A stretch of DNA of 64,000 bases from Psammoneis japonica (Eukaryota): assembly GCA_008632985.1 (NCBI GenBank), contig QPGO01000040.1, positions 67,719-131,718 on the forward strand, read 5' to 3'. Made by a program: the position numbers and the translations under genes. Every line of letters begins with the position of its first letter. The stretch's first letter is position 1. The notes below the pieces were generated by a model. It saw nothing but the letters and a program-made list of their open reading frames with translations, did no database searches and was not told the DNA's origin. Shown one piece after another: positions 51,101 through 63,443 of this stretch.

Positions 51101-52120
51101 GGAAACAAGCTGGAGACAACCAAATGAGCTTTTTGTTTTTGCGGCAATGATGTTCCGCAAAAGCAGGGGAAATTGAGCACCACAGTGCTGACATTGTGGC
51201 AACTGAGGCATTTCTTGTCCCCAGCTCCACAATCTCATGCACTTCTTGGCCCCTGTCATCACATGTGTTTTTTTCTGAATTCAATGTTTGGTCTTCTGAA
51301 GGAGGGTCAACATGCAGAAGATGCGTTTTTCCAGCAGCACACAACTTTGATGTCAGAACATTGTTTTGTTTTTGCAGATCTTCTGCAAGAGTGCCACAAA
51401 GCATTTCTTGGATGCCACATCACACTTCTTCAAGACAGAAGCTCCTCAGCTTCTTGTTGCAGCCACAGAAGAAGTCTGGCTCATGTCACCCTGTGATTTT
51501 TGCACAGCAGTGGAGCTGGGCAGTGTCGAGCCATTTTGAGCTGGCATGATTTGTCATTCAATTTTAGCATGACTTTCCAGCAGCTGGCTGCTCCCTGATT
51601 TCTTCTTGTTGGGCTGGGGCCCGCTGCTCTTGTGTCGAGGAAGCTCTCTTGCTCTTTTTTGGTTGGAGAGGAGAGCCTCCCTCCTGGTGGCAGCCCCCCT
51701 GGCTTGCCAAATTGATGCTGATTTCTGGGCATCCTTCTGGCACATTGCCAGCTGTTGTTTGAGGTTGGAAGTTGAGTGTGAGTCAATGCACGGTCCTTGT
51801 TGTTGTGTGGCGGAGGTGCTGGCCTGTGTGTTTGGCTCTGCTTCTTTTGGCGACAATTTTGCTCTTTCTCTTCACACTGCTGTCGACATTCTTTTGGCAG
51901 TCATGACTCACTACACTGCTTCCTTTATGAACTGAAAGAAGATCTTCAATCCTGTCCTTGCAGGCTTTTGATTCTTCTGATGGAGTGTCAGTGTCATCCA
52001 TGTCAGCATCTGATGTTGGTGGTTGGTGTTGGTCGCGTCTGCACACATGCATCCATCATCGCATGCATCTGATTGAATGCTCTGTCCTTCCGTCAGCAGT
52101 CAGCAGATGATGATTCGACA
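45110..52120. other. TpA/CpG-depleted hypermutated domain 3 (unidentified repeat/transposon relics)
   Basis: About a dozen TpA by eye in ~7 kb, about 9 of them in YTAR context. Dense spurious Cys/His-rich ORFs in all six frames. Confidence 0.95.
46680..47160. repeat. Diverged direct repeat, second copy at ~51078-51545
   Basis: Both copies share actcaatttc.tctggaaacaa, gctttttgtttttg.ggcaatg, gtgctgacattg, tcaatgtttg.tcttct and gaagatg.gt.tttccagca. Confidence 0.8.
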
Positions 52121-52206
52121 CTCGATTGCTCTTCAAGAAAATATGGATGCATGATGCCGGCGACCGCCACCATGGAGCCAATCTCTCCCCGATGAATCCT
52201 TCAATC

Positions 52207-54516
52207 ATGCCATCCATATCATCATTGCTACACCATGGTGCTAGAAACAGAGGAATCGTAGCCAGAATTGCAATTGAACCGACATTGGCACGTCATCATC
52301 ACACCTTATTCGCTTTTTCATCTGTCGCTTCTGCTTCTACTGATTTGCCCACAACATTACAAGTTCAACGCTCTCGTCACGAAAATGACTTGGAACAATT
52401 AAAGCAGTGGAACAAGCAGAGACGCTACAAGGATATTCTGAACTTGTGGAATGCTAGGATAAAAGAGCAAACACGCAGCAAAACAGATGTCGAGAATAAA
52501 ATTCAAGACGAGCTGCTGCTTCTGCAAGTTCTTCAGGCAATCACGTCGGTGAGATCCATCCGAAACAAGGGCCCTCGCGCTGAGCAACTTGTGCAAGACG
52601 TGTTTGATAGAAATTGCAAACAAAAAACAGACAAGTATGGTGATATTTGTAATGCAGTAATCAAGGCGTGGTCCCGAACGCCGGGTGGTGGACCGGATGC
52701 GGAACGATGGTTGAAGCGTCTACAAGAGCACGACGAGCCCAATGTGGCTTCCTTTGCCATGGTGATTCATGCCTATCATGATTCGCCGCAAGACGCACAA
52801 CGGATATTCGACATGATAAAGCTCCAACAAAATGTTGACCCCAATGTGTTTGTGTTCACCTCCCTCATCAAGGCTTACTGCCGAGCTTGTGATTTCGAAA
52901 AGTGTCAGGAGCTGCTTAACGAAATGCAACAAGTCTACTCAGTTCAGCCCAACGTTTATACCTTTAGTATCATCATGTCGTCCATGGTTTACAATAAGCG
53001 TTCCGAAAATAAGTCTCCGTTCAAGCAAGTATTGGACCTTTGGGAACAAATGATGCAGCTTGGCATTGAGCCAGACATTACACTCTACAATGTGTTGATG
53101 CATGCATGGGCCACTTCTCGACATGAAAATGCCCTTGAAGAAGTGAATCAAATCATGAAAAATCTCAAGAATCATCCAACGCTTGAACCGACCGTGTCAA
53201 GTTACAATACGTGGATCCATGCGGTTGGACGGCAACATCCTTCCAAGGCGCCCCAGAAACATGCTATGGAAATCTTACAGTCCATGATTCGAGACTGCAA
53301 CAATGGCAAGAGCTCAGTCTTGCCAGATGCACTAACTTATAGTGCCGTCCTACAATCGTGGGCAAAGAGTCATGATGCGCAAGCTCCGTTTGTATGCGAG
53401 TCGTTACTAAAAGAAATGCAACAAGGTGGATCGTCTATTCCACCGATTCGACCCTACATTCAATGCTACGATGCACTCTTGGATGCGTGGGCACGGTACA
53501 AGGACGATTCTTCCAATGCGAATAGCAGCATGAGCCGCAACAAGGTTGTCACGCGTGTGTTGGAAATTATACGCCACGTCGAATCCTCCATGCACTTAAA
53601 ACCATCGGTACGAACGTACAACGCCGTCCTTTTAGCCCTTTCCAGAAATGGCGAGCCCGCCAAGGCGCAAGAAATTTTGGAATCCATGCCCATCAAGCCG
53701 AATACAGTGTGCTGGACCAGTGTGATTACCGGCTGGGCCAACCAGGGTAATGGCAAAAGAGCGCTCGAGCTACTTCGCAACATGAAGAATGAGACAAAGC
53801 CCAACATTTTCACCTATACGAGCGTCATGTCAGCATTCGCCAAGCATGGGCAAGTACAGCAGGTCAAGGAGCTGATGGAAGAGGTGGAATATATCTATCA
53901 AGAGACGGGTCGTACCGGTATGCGTCCCAATGTTGTCTTGTACAATGTTTTATTTCAAGCACTTGCCAATGCCAAAACACACGAGACCGCCAGGAAAGCA
54001 CAAGACTTGGCCATGTCCATGCACTACGATAAGCAACGCTACCATAACATTGAACCAGATGTACAGTCCTTTACAACGGTCCTACAGGCGTGGGCGAACT
54101 TGGGAGAAGGCGAGGCAGCGCAAGACTTGTTGACGGAAATGCACCAACTAGCACGAGACAAACCGGGCTTGAAACCGAATCCCATTAGCTATACCAGTGT
54201 CATGAAAGCGTGGGTCAATTCCCGAGAAGAGGAAGTAGCAGCGAAACGCGTTTGTGACTTGCTGAACGACATGGACGAGCAAGGGATAAAGCCAAATGAC
54301 GTGACATTGACAACCGCTATTGATGCTTTTGTCCAACACGTTGATTTTGTAGACAAGGCGTACGACACGCTGAAGATTATGATTTCAGAGTTTGATGCTG
54401 GTGGTCGACCGCCACCTCTCTATGCATTTCACGTGGTGCACAGAACGCTTCAACGTGTCAACAAGTCGACACTTGCACGGAATGTGTTGGAGGCACAACA
54501 CCGAATTCATCCGTGA
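52207..54516 (+). CDS. Pentatricopeptide repeat (PPR) protein, probably organelle-targeted; start could also be 52147 or 52192
   Basis: Many 35-aa PPR-type repeats (PNVFVFTSLIKAYC, PNVYTFSIIMSS, PDITLYNVLMHAWA, PDALTYSAVLQSWA, PNTVCWTSVITGWA and others). Confidence 0.92.
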   Translation: MPSISSLLHHGARNRGIVARIAIEPTLARHHHTLFAFSSVASASTDLPTTLQVQRSRHENDLEQLKQWNKQRRYKDILNLWNARIKEQTRSKTDVENKIQDELLLLQVLQAITSVRSIRNKGPRAEQLVQDVFDRNCKQKTDKYGDICNAVIKAWSRTPGGGPDAERWLKRLQEHDEPNVASFAMVIHAYHDSPQDAQRIFDMIKLQQNVDPNVFVFTSLIKAYCRACDFEKCQELLNEMQQVYSVQPNVYTFSIIMSSMVYNKRSENKSPFKQVLDLWEQMMQLGIEPDITLYNVLMHAWATSRHENALEEVNQIMKNLKNHPTLEPTVSSYNTWIHAVGRQHPSKAPQKHAMEILQSMIRDCNNGKSSVLPDALTYSAVLQSWAKSHDAQAPFVCESLLKEMQQGGSSIPPIRPYIQCYDALLDAWARYKDDSSNANSSMSRNKVVTRVLEIIRHVESSMHLKPSVRTYNAVLLALSRNGEPAKAQEILESMPIKPNTVCWTSVITGWANQGNGKRALELLRNMKNETKPNIFTYTSVMSAFAKHGQVQQVKELMEEVEYIYQETGRTGMRPNVVLYNVLFQALANAKTHETARKAQDLAMSMHYDKQRYHNIEPDVQSFTTVLQAWANLGEGEAAQDLLTEMHQLARDKPGLKPNPISYTSVMKAWVNSREEEVAAKRVCDLLNDMDEQGIKPNDVTLTTAIDAFVQHVDFVDKAYDTLKIMISEFDAGGRPPPLYAFHVVHRTLQRVNKSTLARNVLEAQHRIHP

Positions 54517-55183
54517 CATCGGAAGAAATCGGGAGTCGGGGGTTTGAGGACATGCGATAATTAGTTCGAAGCACATGGCGAGAAGACAAAGAGAGATTTG
54601 GGTGACTAGTTGTCGACGAAGGCTCTACCATGCGTTTCATAGCAATACAATTTGAGCACCTTGGAGATCTTTCCTCGGCTCGTGACGACCACATTATTTC
54701 TACGAAATCGGAAAAGGCGAGCGATTGAAGTGCGGTAAACCTTGTACAGTGGCGCTGGCATTTTGCTCACGTCGCGATGGACTCTTTGCCAATGAGCCCG
54801 TTGTAATGCCAAGGATTTGCTTGTTACACACCGTTTTGAGCAAGCAAGCGACTTGCGGCGACTCCTCCCTCCTCTCGATGCGTACAAGTGAGCCAGAGAG
54901 TACGGCCAGCGTACAGACCCAGTCTGTACTCCTCCCGGCGCGCCTTCCGTGATGTCACGACTCACGACATTCTCATGTTGAAACCGCGAACAAATACGAG
55001 TTCACGACTCAATCCCGCCTCACAAGTCTTGACACCCATCATGCCTGTTGGCACCCGTGATTTGGATTGATGATGGGCATTCGCGGAAATCGAGAATTCT
55101 CGCTCAAGCGGCATTTTCTTTCTCACAAAATCAACTTGACACCAAGAACAAAAAACACGCGAGCACATAAAACACAAAGAGCC

Positions 55184-55963
55184 ATGAAAAGATTACTCTC
55201 AACCGTACTCCTCAGCAGCCCGCTTGTGGTTGCTGCAAGCACTCTACAAATGCTCACACCGCCATCGCCGCGACGACCATTAGCAAAGCAACGAGCGCAA
55301 AAGACGCAGCTTCAGCAACTGGCTGATTCGTTTGCTTCCGTCGAACTCCAGGGGATCGACGCAAAACGAAAAGACATTCCCATGGACCCCTTGTTGGACG
55401 CATGCCGGGCAATGGTATCGGTCTTGCAGAGAACGAGTCCCAAGATGGTGGCCAAGGACTTTCATAACAATATTTTAAAAGTGGAATCACAATATCAAGC
55501 AACGTCGCCCGACGGTTTGACACTGTCGTCCTTGCTACGACACGAACGCGACAGTGGAGTCCACCAAGACAACAACTTGAGCGATCCCTCGGGAGCCATG
55601 GGGCTTCTCTGGATTCGTCGGTCACTGGCCTTTCAATTGGATTTCTTTGACCACCTCTCTCTAGGAAATGACCCACGAACTTCTGCAATGCGTGCTTACC
55701 AAGCTCAGCTTCAGCCATATCATGGATGGGCGCTGCGAAATGCCAACAAGGTTATTCTCAAGTCTCACATGCCAAACACGTCATCTACGCTGCTTGCTAG
55801 AATAGGCGGTTACGAAGAAGGAGACGATGAATATATAAAAATCAAGCAAGAAGAGAAAACTCTGGAGACCCTTCGGAGTCTCGTGAAAACCTGGCGCCCA
55901 CTGCTTAATCACTGGAAACAAAGTTTTGTCGACTTGGGTTTGGAAGACACGAGACGAGTGTAA
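55184..55963 (+). CDS. Glycolipid transfer protein (GLTP) domain protein with N-terminal targeting peptide
   Basis: KDFHNNILKV, SGAMGLLWIRRSLAF and AY.AQLQPYHGW match the GLTP fold consensus. MKRLLSTVLLSSPLVVAAS is signal-like. Confidence 0.85.
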   Translation: MKRLLSTVLLSSPLVVAASTLQMLTPPSPRRPLAKQRAQKTQLQQLADSFASVELQGIDAKRKDIPMDPLLDACRAMVSVLQRTSPKMVAKDFHNNILKVESQYQATSPDGLTLSSLLRHERDSGVHQDNNLSDPSGAMGLLWIRRSLAFQLDFFDHLSLGNDPRTSAMRAYQAQLQPYHGWALRNANKVILKSHMPNTSSTLLARIGGYEEGDDEYIKIKQEEKTLETLRSLVKTWRPLLNHWKQSFVDLGLEDTRRV

Positions 55964-56366
55964 ATAATATAATTTTAACTCTATAGAAATCAATAGAGTA
56001 CACGCAAACCAACGTGTGGCGTATCGTCAATATGAAAATGTTGTAGACGCAAAGAACAAGAGTAGCTCTCCAGTGCCTCTTCATCGGCATGTTTGTGCAG
56101 TGCCGTGAACAGAACGTCTTCCGTTTGTTTTCCGGAGACCCGACCTGAGTGAGTGAGTCGTGAATCCAGTCTTGCTACGGGACTAAATGTTGCGACCCAT
56201 CGCGGAAAAAAATCTTTGGTGTCAACAACATCGTGACACAACGACTAAAAATGCGAAGCCAACCTTGAATCCTCTGCCAAAAGCTAATACAGAATCATCA
56301 GTGCCACAAAGTCAAAGAAAGGAACAGAGCCTGAGTATCTGATCTCGAAGCAAGCTACAGAACATC

Positions 56367-59300
56367 ATGAGTCCTCCAAACACAGGAGTGACTCCAACGG
56401 ATGATGGGCACACCAATGCTCATTTGACCAAGCCGTCGATTCAGCCAACGCATCGGCGTCAGGGTTCTCCAAGCATGAATCTTTCCATACCCATGCCAAC
56501 GCATCGCCGAGCTAGGTCGAGTTCGGTAGAAGACATTAAAACAGAGGCGACATTGGCGATCCGAAGACTAAAGGAGCCTCCGTTTCAAAAAATCATGGCG
56601 GCCAACCGCGGTGAGATTGCAGTCCGCATCATGAGAGCCGCTGCCGAGTTGGGAATTGGAACCGTGGCGGTGTATTGCCACGAAGATCGGTATTCGCAGC
56701 ATCGGTGGGGTGCGGACCGATCCTTCAAGGTGGAACACGACGAGAAAGCTACGCCCATTAGTGCGTATCTGGATATTCCTCAGATTATTGAAATTGCCAA
56801 GGACGCTGGCGTTGATGCCATTCATGTACGTATTTTGAATTCATATTATGCTGTGTGTGTGTGATCTATTTCTAGGCATACTTGGTAGCTCATTCTTTCT
56901 AACTTTTCCTCGTTTCGAATCAATACAAATCATAACAAAAGCCTGGTTATGGCTTTAACAGTGAAAACGCTGACTTTGCTCAGGCTTGTCAAGAGGCAGG
57001 GATAACCTTTATTGGTCCAACCCCGGAAAACCTCAGGACCTTTGCCGACAAAACGTCAGCCAAGGAGGCGGCAATCAAGGCAGGCTTGCCGATTGTACCT
57101 GGATCTGAGGTTGCATTCGACACGGCCGATCAAGTTGTCGACTTTGTCAAGCAAATCGGTTTGCCTGTCATGCTCAAGGCGTCCATGGGTGGTGGTGGAA
57201 AGGTAAGAAAGAATATCCACTACTATTGTCTCTGATATCTGTATTTCCTTTATCTTTCATTTGCTTACATTACAACTTCCCCGTTGTTCTTGTAGGGAAT
57301 GCGCATTGTCCGCACCATGGAAGAGCTTGTGCCCTTGTACGAGATGTGTTACTCGGAAGCCAAGTCGGCCTTTGGAAACGGGGCCATTTTTGTGGAACGC
57401 TATTTGGATCGTCCAAGGCACATTGAGATTCAGATACTCGGCGACGGCAAGGGCAATGTCGTGCACTTGTGGGAGCGCGACTGCAGTTTGCAACGCCGTC
57501 ACCAAAAGGTGTTGGAAATCGCACCTGCATGGTCCGTTCCCGACGACCTCCGTGTACAACTCCACGAGTACGCCACGCGCATTACCAAATCGGTCAAGTA
57601 CAAGAATGCGGGGACCGTCGAGTTTCTGATTGACGCAGATTACAATGCGTACTTTTGCGAGGTTAATCCTCGTGTGCAGGTGGAGCATACGGTAACAGAA
57701 GAAATCACAGACATTGATGTTGTTCAAAGTCAGATTAAAATTGCCGCCGGCATGTCGCTGGAAGAGATTGGTCTTATACAAGAGAATATCGTCCCTCGGT
57801 AAGTCAACGTGACATCACCTGCGGTTTATAATTATGCCTTCCTTCTAATCCGTGACGCGCCCACTATGTTTGATAGGGGTGTGGCCATTCAAGCTCGTGT
57901 TACGACAGAGAACCCCGAGCGCAATTTTGCGCCAGATACTGGCACCATTAGTCTCTTCCGCAGCGCCTCTGGTCCTGGCGTACGCGTTGATGGTATCGGA
58001 TACACCGGCCTTGCTATCACTCCTTTCTTTGACTCGTTAATTTGCAAGTTTACGGTTCATTGCATGACGTTTTACGAGGCCTGTGCTCGGATGCGACGGG
58101 TCCTTGACGAAGTACGCATTCGGGGAGTGAACACCAACATTCCATTCCTGTTGAATGTATTGAATCATCCAGAGTTCGAGAAAGGAATCGTCACCACTGG
58201 CTTTATTGATGAGAATCCGCAGCTGAAGAACGTGTCAATCTCGACGGAGCACGATCAGCATGATGCCTTTCGGATGGAGAAACTCTTGCGCTACTTGGCA
58301 AACATTGCAGTGAACGGGCATCCAAGCGAGCTTGGCGCTGACATGAGTAAGAGGACGAATATGGTAAACATGATTGCGCCGCCTCGATTGGATGAGAGCG
58401 ACATTCTAGCAGCAGCAAGCCACACGAAAGGTGGTTGGCGTCGCGTGTTGCTCGATTTGGGACCCGAGGGATACGCCAAAGCGGTACGAAGTCATAAAGG
58501 CTTGATGATTATGGATACCACCTGGCGCGATGCCCATCAGTCCCTGCTGGCGACGAGGATGCGCACCGCGGACTTGCTTCGTTGTGCGGAATACACCGAT
58601 GTGGCTCTCGCAAATGCGTTCTCGCTGGAGATGTGGGGTGGCGCTACATTTGACGTTTCGATGCGATTCTTGCACGAGTGTCCTTGGGAAAGGTTGGAAA
58701 AACTCCGAAAGGCTGCGCCTAGAATTCCTTTTCAAATGCTATTGCGTGGTGCGAATGCCGTCGGCTACACGGCCTATCCAGACAATGTCGTGCACAAGTT
58801 CTGTGAACAGGCGGTGAAGAGTGGGATTGACATCTTTCGCGTATTTGACTCGTTAAACGACAAAGAGGCCCTCCGCCTTGGAATCGATGCAGCAAGGAAA
58901 GCGGGTGGTTTCGTGGAGGGAGCACTTTCTTATACCGGTGACGTCTGTGATCCGAATAGGAGCAAGTACGACCTCAGCTACTACAAAGACCTAGCCAGAG
59001 AATTGGTGGAAATGGGCGTTCACTGCATAGGAATCAAGGATATGGCGGGATTGCTAAAGCCTCGTGCTGCCACGATGTTGATTAGTGCGTTGCGTCAACA
59101 GCATCCCGAGATTCCCATTCATGTCCACACACACGACACGGCTGGATCTGGAGTGGCCTCCATGTTGGCAGCTGCTGAAGCTGGGGCTGACATCGTTGAT
59201 GTCGCCATCGATGCAATGTCGGGCATGACGTCCCAACCTTCACTCGGAGCAATTGTCGCCAACCTCCGTGGCTCAGATCTCGACACCGGCATTGACGCAG

Positions 59301-60536
59301 AGATGGTTGCTAAACTCAATAACTACTGGGAAAGCGTGCGGTCTCTCTATGCACCCTTCGAGTCCGGTCAGCTATCAGGATCATCCGATGTTTACATGCA
59401 TGAGATTCCCGGGGGGCAGTACACAAATCTCCTTTTCCAATCAAAGCAGCTAGGGCTAATGGACAAATGGCCAGAAATCAAGAGGAAGTACGCAGAAGCG
59501 AACCTTCTTCTCGGCGACATCCCGAAAGTGACCCCATCCAGTAAGGTATGTTCAGAAGAAGTTTGTGAAGTAGTGGGCCTTTGTCACGCCTACTCTACTA
59601 GTAGCTTACCTCATTTGCTTTGTCGTGGTTTCGAAGGTTGTGGGAGACATGGCGCAAATGATGGTGGCAAAGAACTTGGATAGTGACCAGGTGATGGACC
59701 AAGCTGAAAACATCCCGTTTCCCGAATCCGTTATCAACTATCTTCAAGGAAACATTGGCGTTCCTCCGGGTGGATTTCCAGAGCCGCTGCGTTCCCGCGT
59801 TTTAAAAAGTCGCTGTCTCCTTCCGGTAGAAGGCCGCCCAGGTTCAAACATGGTCAGGTTCGACTTTGACTTGGCGCGCGCCTTAATCACGAAAAAGGTG
59901 GGTGGTCGGCCCGTCACCGACAAGGATTGTTTAAGCTACGCTATGTACCCTCAGGTGTTTTTGGATTGGAAAGATTTTGAAGCCGTTTATGGTGACGTTA
60001 CAGTGCTACCCACACACATGTTCTTAAACCCCATGAACGAAGGTGACGAGGTAATCTGGGACATGGGCGGCGGTCGTGAATGGCTGGTGAAACTTGAATC
60101 AATTGGCGATGTCCAATCTGACGGCAGTCGCATTGTCATCTTGGAAGTGAACGGGGAGCCGTGGTTTATACCCATCACAGATCTGAGCTCAGCGGAGAAG
60201 AGCGAAAAGCACGAGAAGGTGTCGGTTGGTAATCCGGGTCACGTCGGGGCGCCTACTTCCGGAGTAATTGTGAGGATGAAGGTCAAGGCGGGTGACACAG
60301 TCGAGGAAGGTGAGGCGCTAGCAACCTTGTCTGCGATGAAAATGGAAACAGTTATTCCGGCCACAAGGTCCGGCGTCGTCAACCGTGTGCTGTTCATTGT
60401 TGGTGACAAAGTTGATCGCGATGACTTGTTGATGGAAATTGTCGAAGATGACAGTGCTCACGACAGTGAAAAGGAAGACACCCGTCGTAAATTGAGAGAG
60501 ATTGATACCGGGTCCTCGTTCAGGGCTCTCTCTTGA
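56367..60536 (+). CDS. PYC: Pyruvate carboxylase; exons 56367-56825, 56942-57202, 57296-57798, 57877-59545, 59637-60536
   Basis: Biotin carboxylase ([45 protein letters not shown]), carboxyltransferase ([42 protein letters not shown]) and biotinyl AMKM motifs. Four GT-AG introns restore the frame. Confidence 0.97.
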
Positions 60537-60832
60537 GGTGATACAAAGATGATGCGCGTACGAATTACTTTATACACTATTTAGATTGAATTCATTGTTT
60601 GCTGTTTAGTTAAAGATAGAGCTATTAGTGTTTCACCAGCTACCGTAGCTACAGCTTCCGCTGGTGATTAAAACTACTTCTCAAAAGTATTTAGAAATGA
60701 TAGTAGTAGCTGCTACGAGCTTCTGTGCATTGATTAGTAGTAACGAACTCATACCCAATCGGATTTCTTTTTAAAGATTTTCTGCCAAATACGTAGCGAA
60801 ACAAGGTAGGCGAAGCTATTCTGACAACGGTA

Positions 60833-62624
60833 CTACTTTGCTTTGGTGACTCGAACGATTCGACACCCTTTGAACTCACTGCCGGATTTGTGCGTCCCGT
60901 AAATACATGCTTGCTGACGCCCTGGGCTAAAGCCGGTATGGTGGAGTTTGAATACGAGAATATTGTCCTTAAGACCGTCGAAATTGACATCCTTCTTTCT
61001 CAACCCGATAGGTTCTGCCTTATCAGGACCGAATCGAATGGATTTCACGTCCAACTGTAGGGCGTCGAATTCGCCGGTTGTGAGTACGGCTACGCTGATA
61101 CTTTCTTCTGGGCGGGCTCTGCTGATCTTGATATCATGTTTCTTCTTAAATGGCTTGATGCTGACTTCTACAACAAGAGCATTAACGGCAAGTGGAAGAA
61201 AATTATAAACGGAAATGTCGTTTCCACCAAGGATCGTCACACGATTCCCACTGCCAGCCATTGAAACCCCACCAGCACCAAAGCCAAGAGTTCCCTCCTC
61301 CCCGTACAATCCATTTCCCAACTGTAGCCAGGAGGTTCTATCAAAGTGAAACATCCGAGCGAATCCGGCTCCTGAAGTACCCACCATTTCATCAAAATCT
61401 CTTGCACCAACAACTACTCGCCCTCCGTCACTCGACATCGAAACAGATTCTCCGAAACCATCATTGTACTCTGCTTCAATGTCGTTTCCTACCATGTTCC
61501 AAAGCTTCTTAGATTCAACCCACTCCATCACACGTGCGTATCCACTTTCTCGATGTCTAGCTTCACCAATAACAACGCGGTTTCCATTTTGAGATATCGC
61601 AACGGAGACACCAAAGCCGCGGTCTTTTCCTATGCCGTAAATGTCTTGTCCTTTTTGCACCCAAGAAGATGATCCCTTCCTCCTCGTGAAGACTTGAGTC
61701 CTGCCAACTACTTTTCCTGATTTTGATGCGTAAGGGATACCTACTGCCAATTGATTCCCATCTCCTGACATTGCGATGCTGTACCCGAAATATCCATAGT
61801 TCCCTCGGCTGTCTAAACTCTCCAACAAGTATCCCCGCTCTTGCCATTTGGATCCACTCCAGTCAAATATTTTGACCTGTCCAGGAACTCTGCCACGGCC
61901 CACCCAGAGTGAAACCGCAATAGTTTGCCCATCATCAGACATTGCTACTGCCTGGAAGTACCCTCGAAGGTATTCAGTGCGGAACCACATTGGAATGCTC
62001 TCCCCGACCTGTTCCCACCTTCGACGACGCCACTCAAAGACACGAACTGTTTCCGATCCTTCAGCAGTAACAAAATACTTTCCATTGCCCGACATGGCAA
62101 CTTCAGGACTGTAATGTTCTCCTTCAATCATCTGACCCATTCGCTGCCAGTCCGACCTAAACGAACTCCATTGATATGCACGGAGGGGTTTGCTTCGTCC
62201 AGACAATGAGAGGACCAAACGGTTGCCATCTCTCGACATTGCCACCTTAATACACACGTATAAGAAGATATGATGAGCAACGATCAGATAGCCAGGCATA
62301 TACAAAGCAGATTAGCTTTCTTACCTGATGGAATCTTTTTCTTGAATCTAAAGATATATTTCGTCCCATTCGAACCCACTCTCCAATGTCGACATCAGTT
62401 GAGCTCTGAGAAGCGGATGACAGTGATACATTGCCAAGGTGTCGTACGTGAGTGACATTGTTGCTTAGGGAGGTTGCTTCACTCGTAGCGAGACTAGTGT
62501 TATGCTCCTCCTGGACAGAATCTTCCTTCGCTACTGGATCGATTTGAGCGTTTGCACCTTTGCAAGACAATGCAAACCACAGCAAGGATCCCAACGCCGC
62601 GCACTCTAGAACATTGCGTGTCAT
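60833..62624 (-). CDS. Secreted beta-propeller protein (FG-GAP/WD-like repeats) with a prokaryote-like C-terminal domain; exons 62325-62624 and 60833-62245 (~570 aa)
   Basis: Signal peptide and repeats FG.S[VI]..S..G..[VL]..G. A 79-nt GT..AAG intron joins KRFHQ to VAMSRDG in frame. C-terminus contains VAVLTTGEFDA..FGP..DVNFDGLKD. Confidence 0.8.
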
Positions 62625-63443
62625 GATAGTCTGGTAGTCACGTTGAATAAAAAAGTTCCTTTGCTAACATGAAATGACAGTAAGCTAATCGTCAGATGCG
62701 GCAAAGTACGAAAAGAGACAGTGCGTAGGTTCTGCTTACCGTACCTGATTTTTGCCGTCTCTTGACGAGTTGTGATCTCACTAGCTAGAAGTACTGAAAG
62801 GGCGTATGTTAAGGCTCTTATGGAATGAGGCTTCCAGCGCTGTGTTACTCAGTTGATGTTATGGTTTCTCTATCTGATCTACCTACCGGAGCTACGTCTT
62901 TTTGCGGATTCCGATTTGTGTGAAAGAAGAATCGTCATCAGTTAGTTAGGTCGGAGTTCGCGGGTCTTCGGTCATAAGTGAAATACATTACTTAGGGAGG
63001 AAAGACAGCTTCTCCCTAAATAATGTTCTACAAATAATGTCCGACGTAGAGTCGAATAATACTCTCGGAAACATTTATTGTGAATGTTCCTTTTCATTTT
63101 TTGCAATGACCGAGACGTGTCAACGCGAACTCTGTGTCTTCGATCCGCGAACGAATGCGGCGCATCACAAATTCACCCCACACGCAACAACACGGTACAA
63201 ACAGAAGAAGCGCGAGATAGATACAAGGGCAAACCATCACTGTTAACAGCGCTCGATAAAAAGTTCCCTTTTTAAGAGCGTTTGCTCGCACCTTTCTCAC
63301 AATTCTACAGAGCGAGCAGGCAGTCAAACCCAGACTCACAAGAAGAGGCAAAATTTGGCAACCTGCAAAGTGAACTGTTTTGCATCTTTCCGCTTCTAAC
63401 CACTCGCTTGAGCGTTTGTTGTCCAAATGACTATCAGATCATA

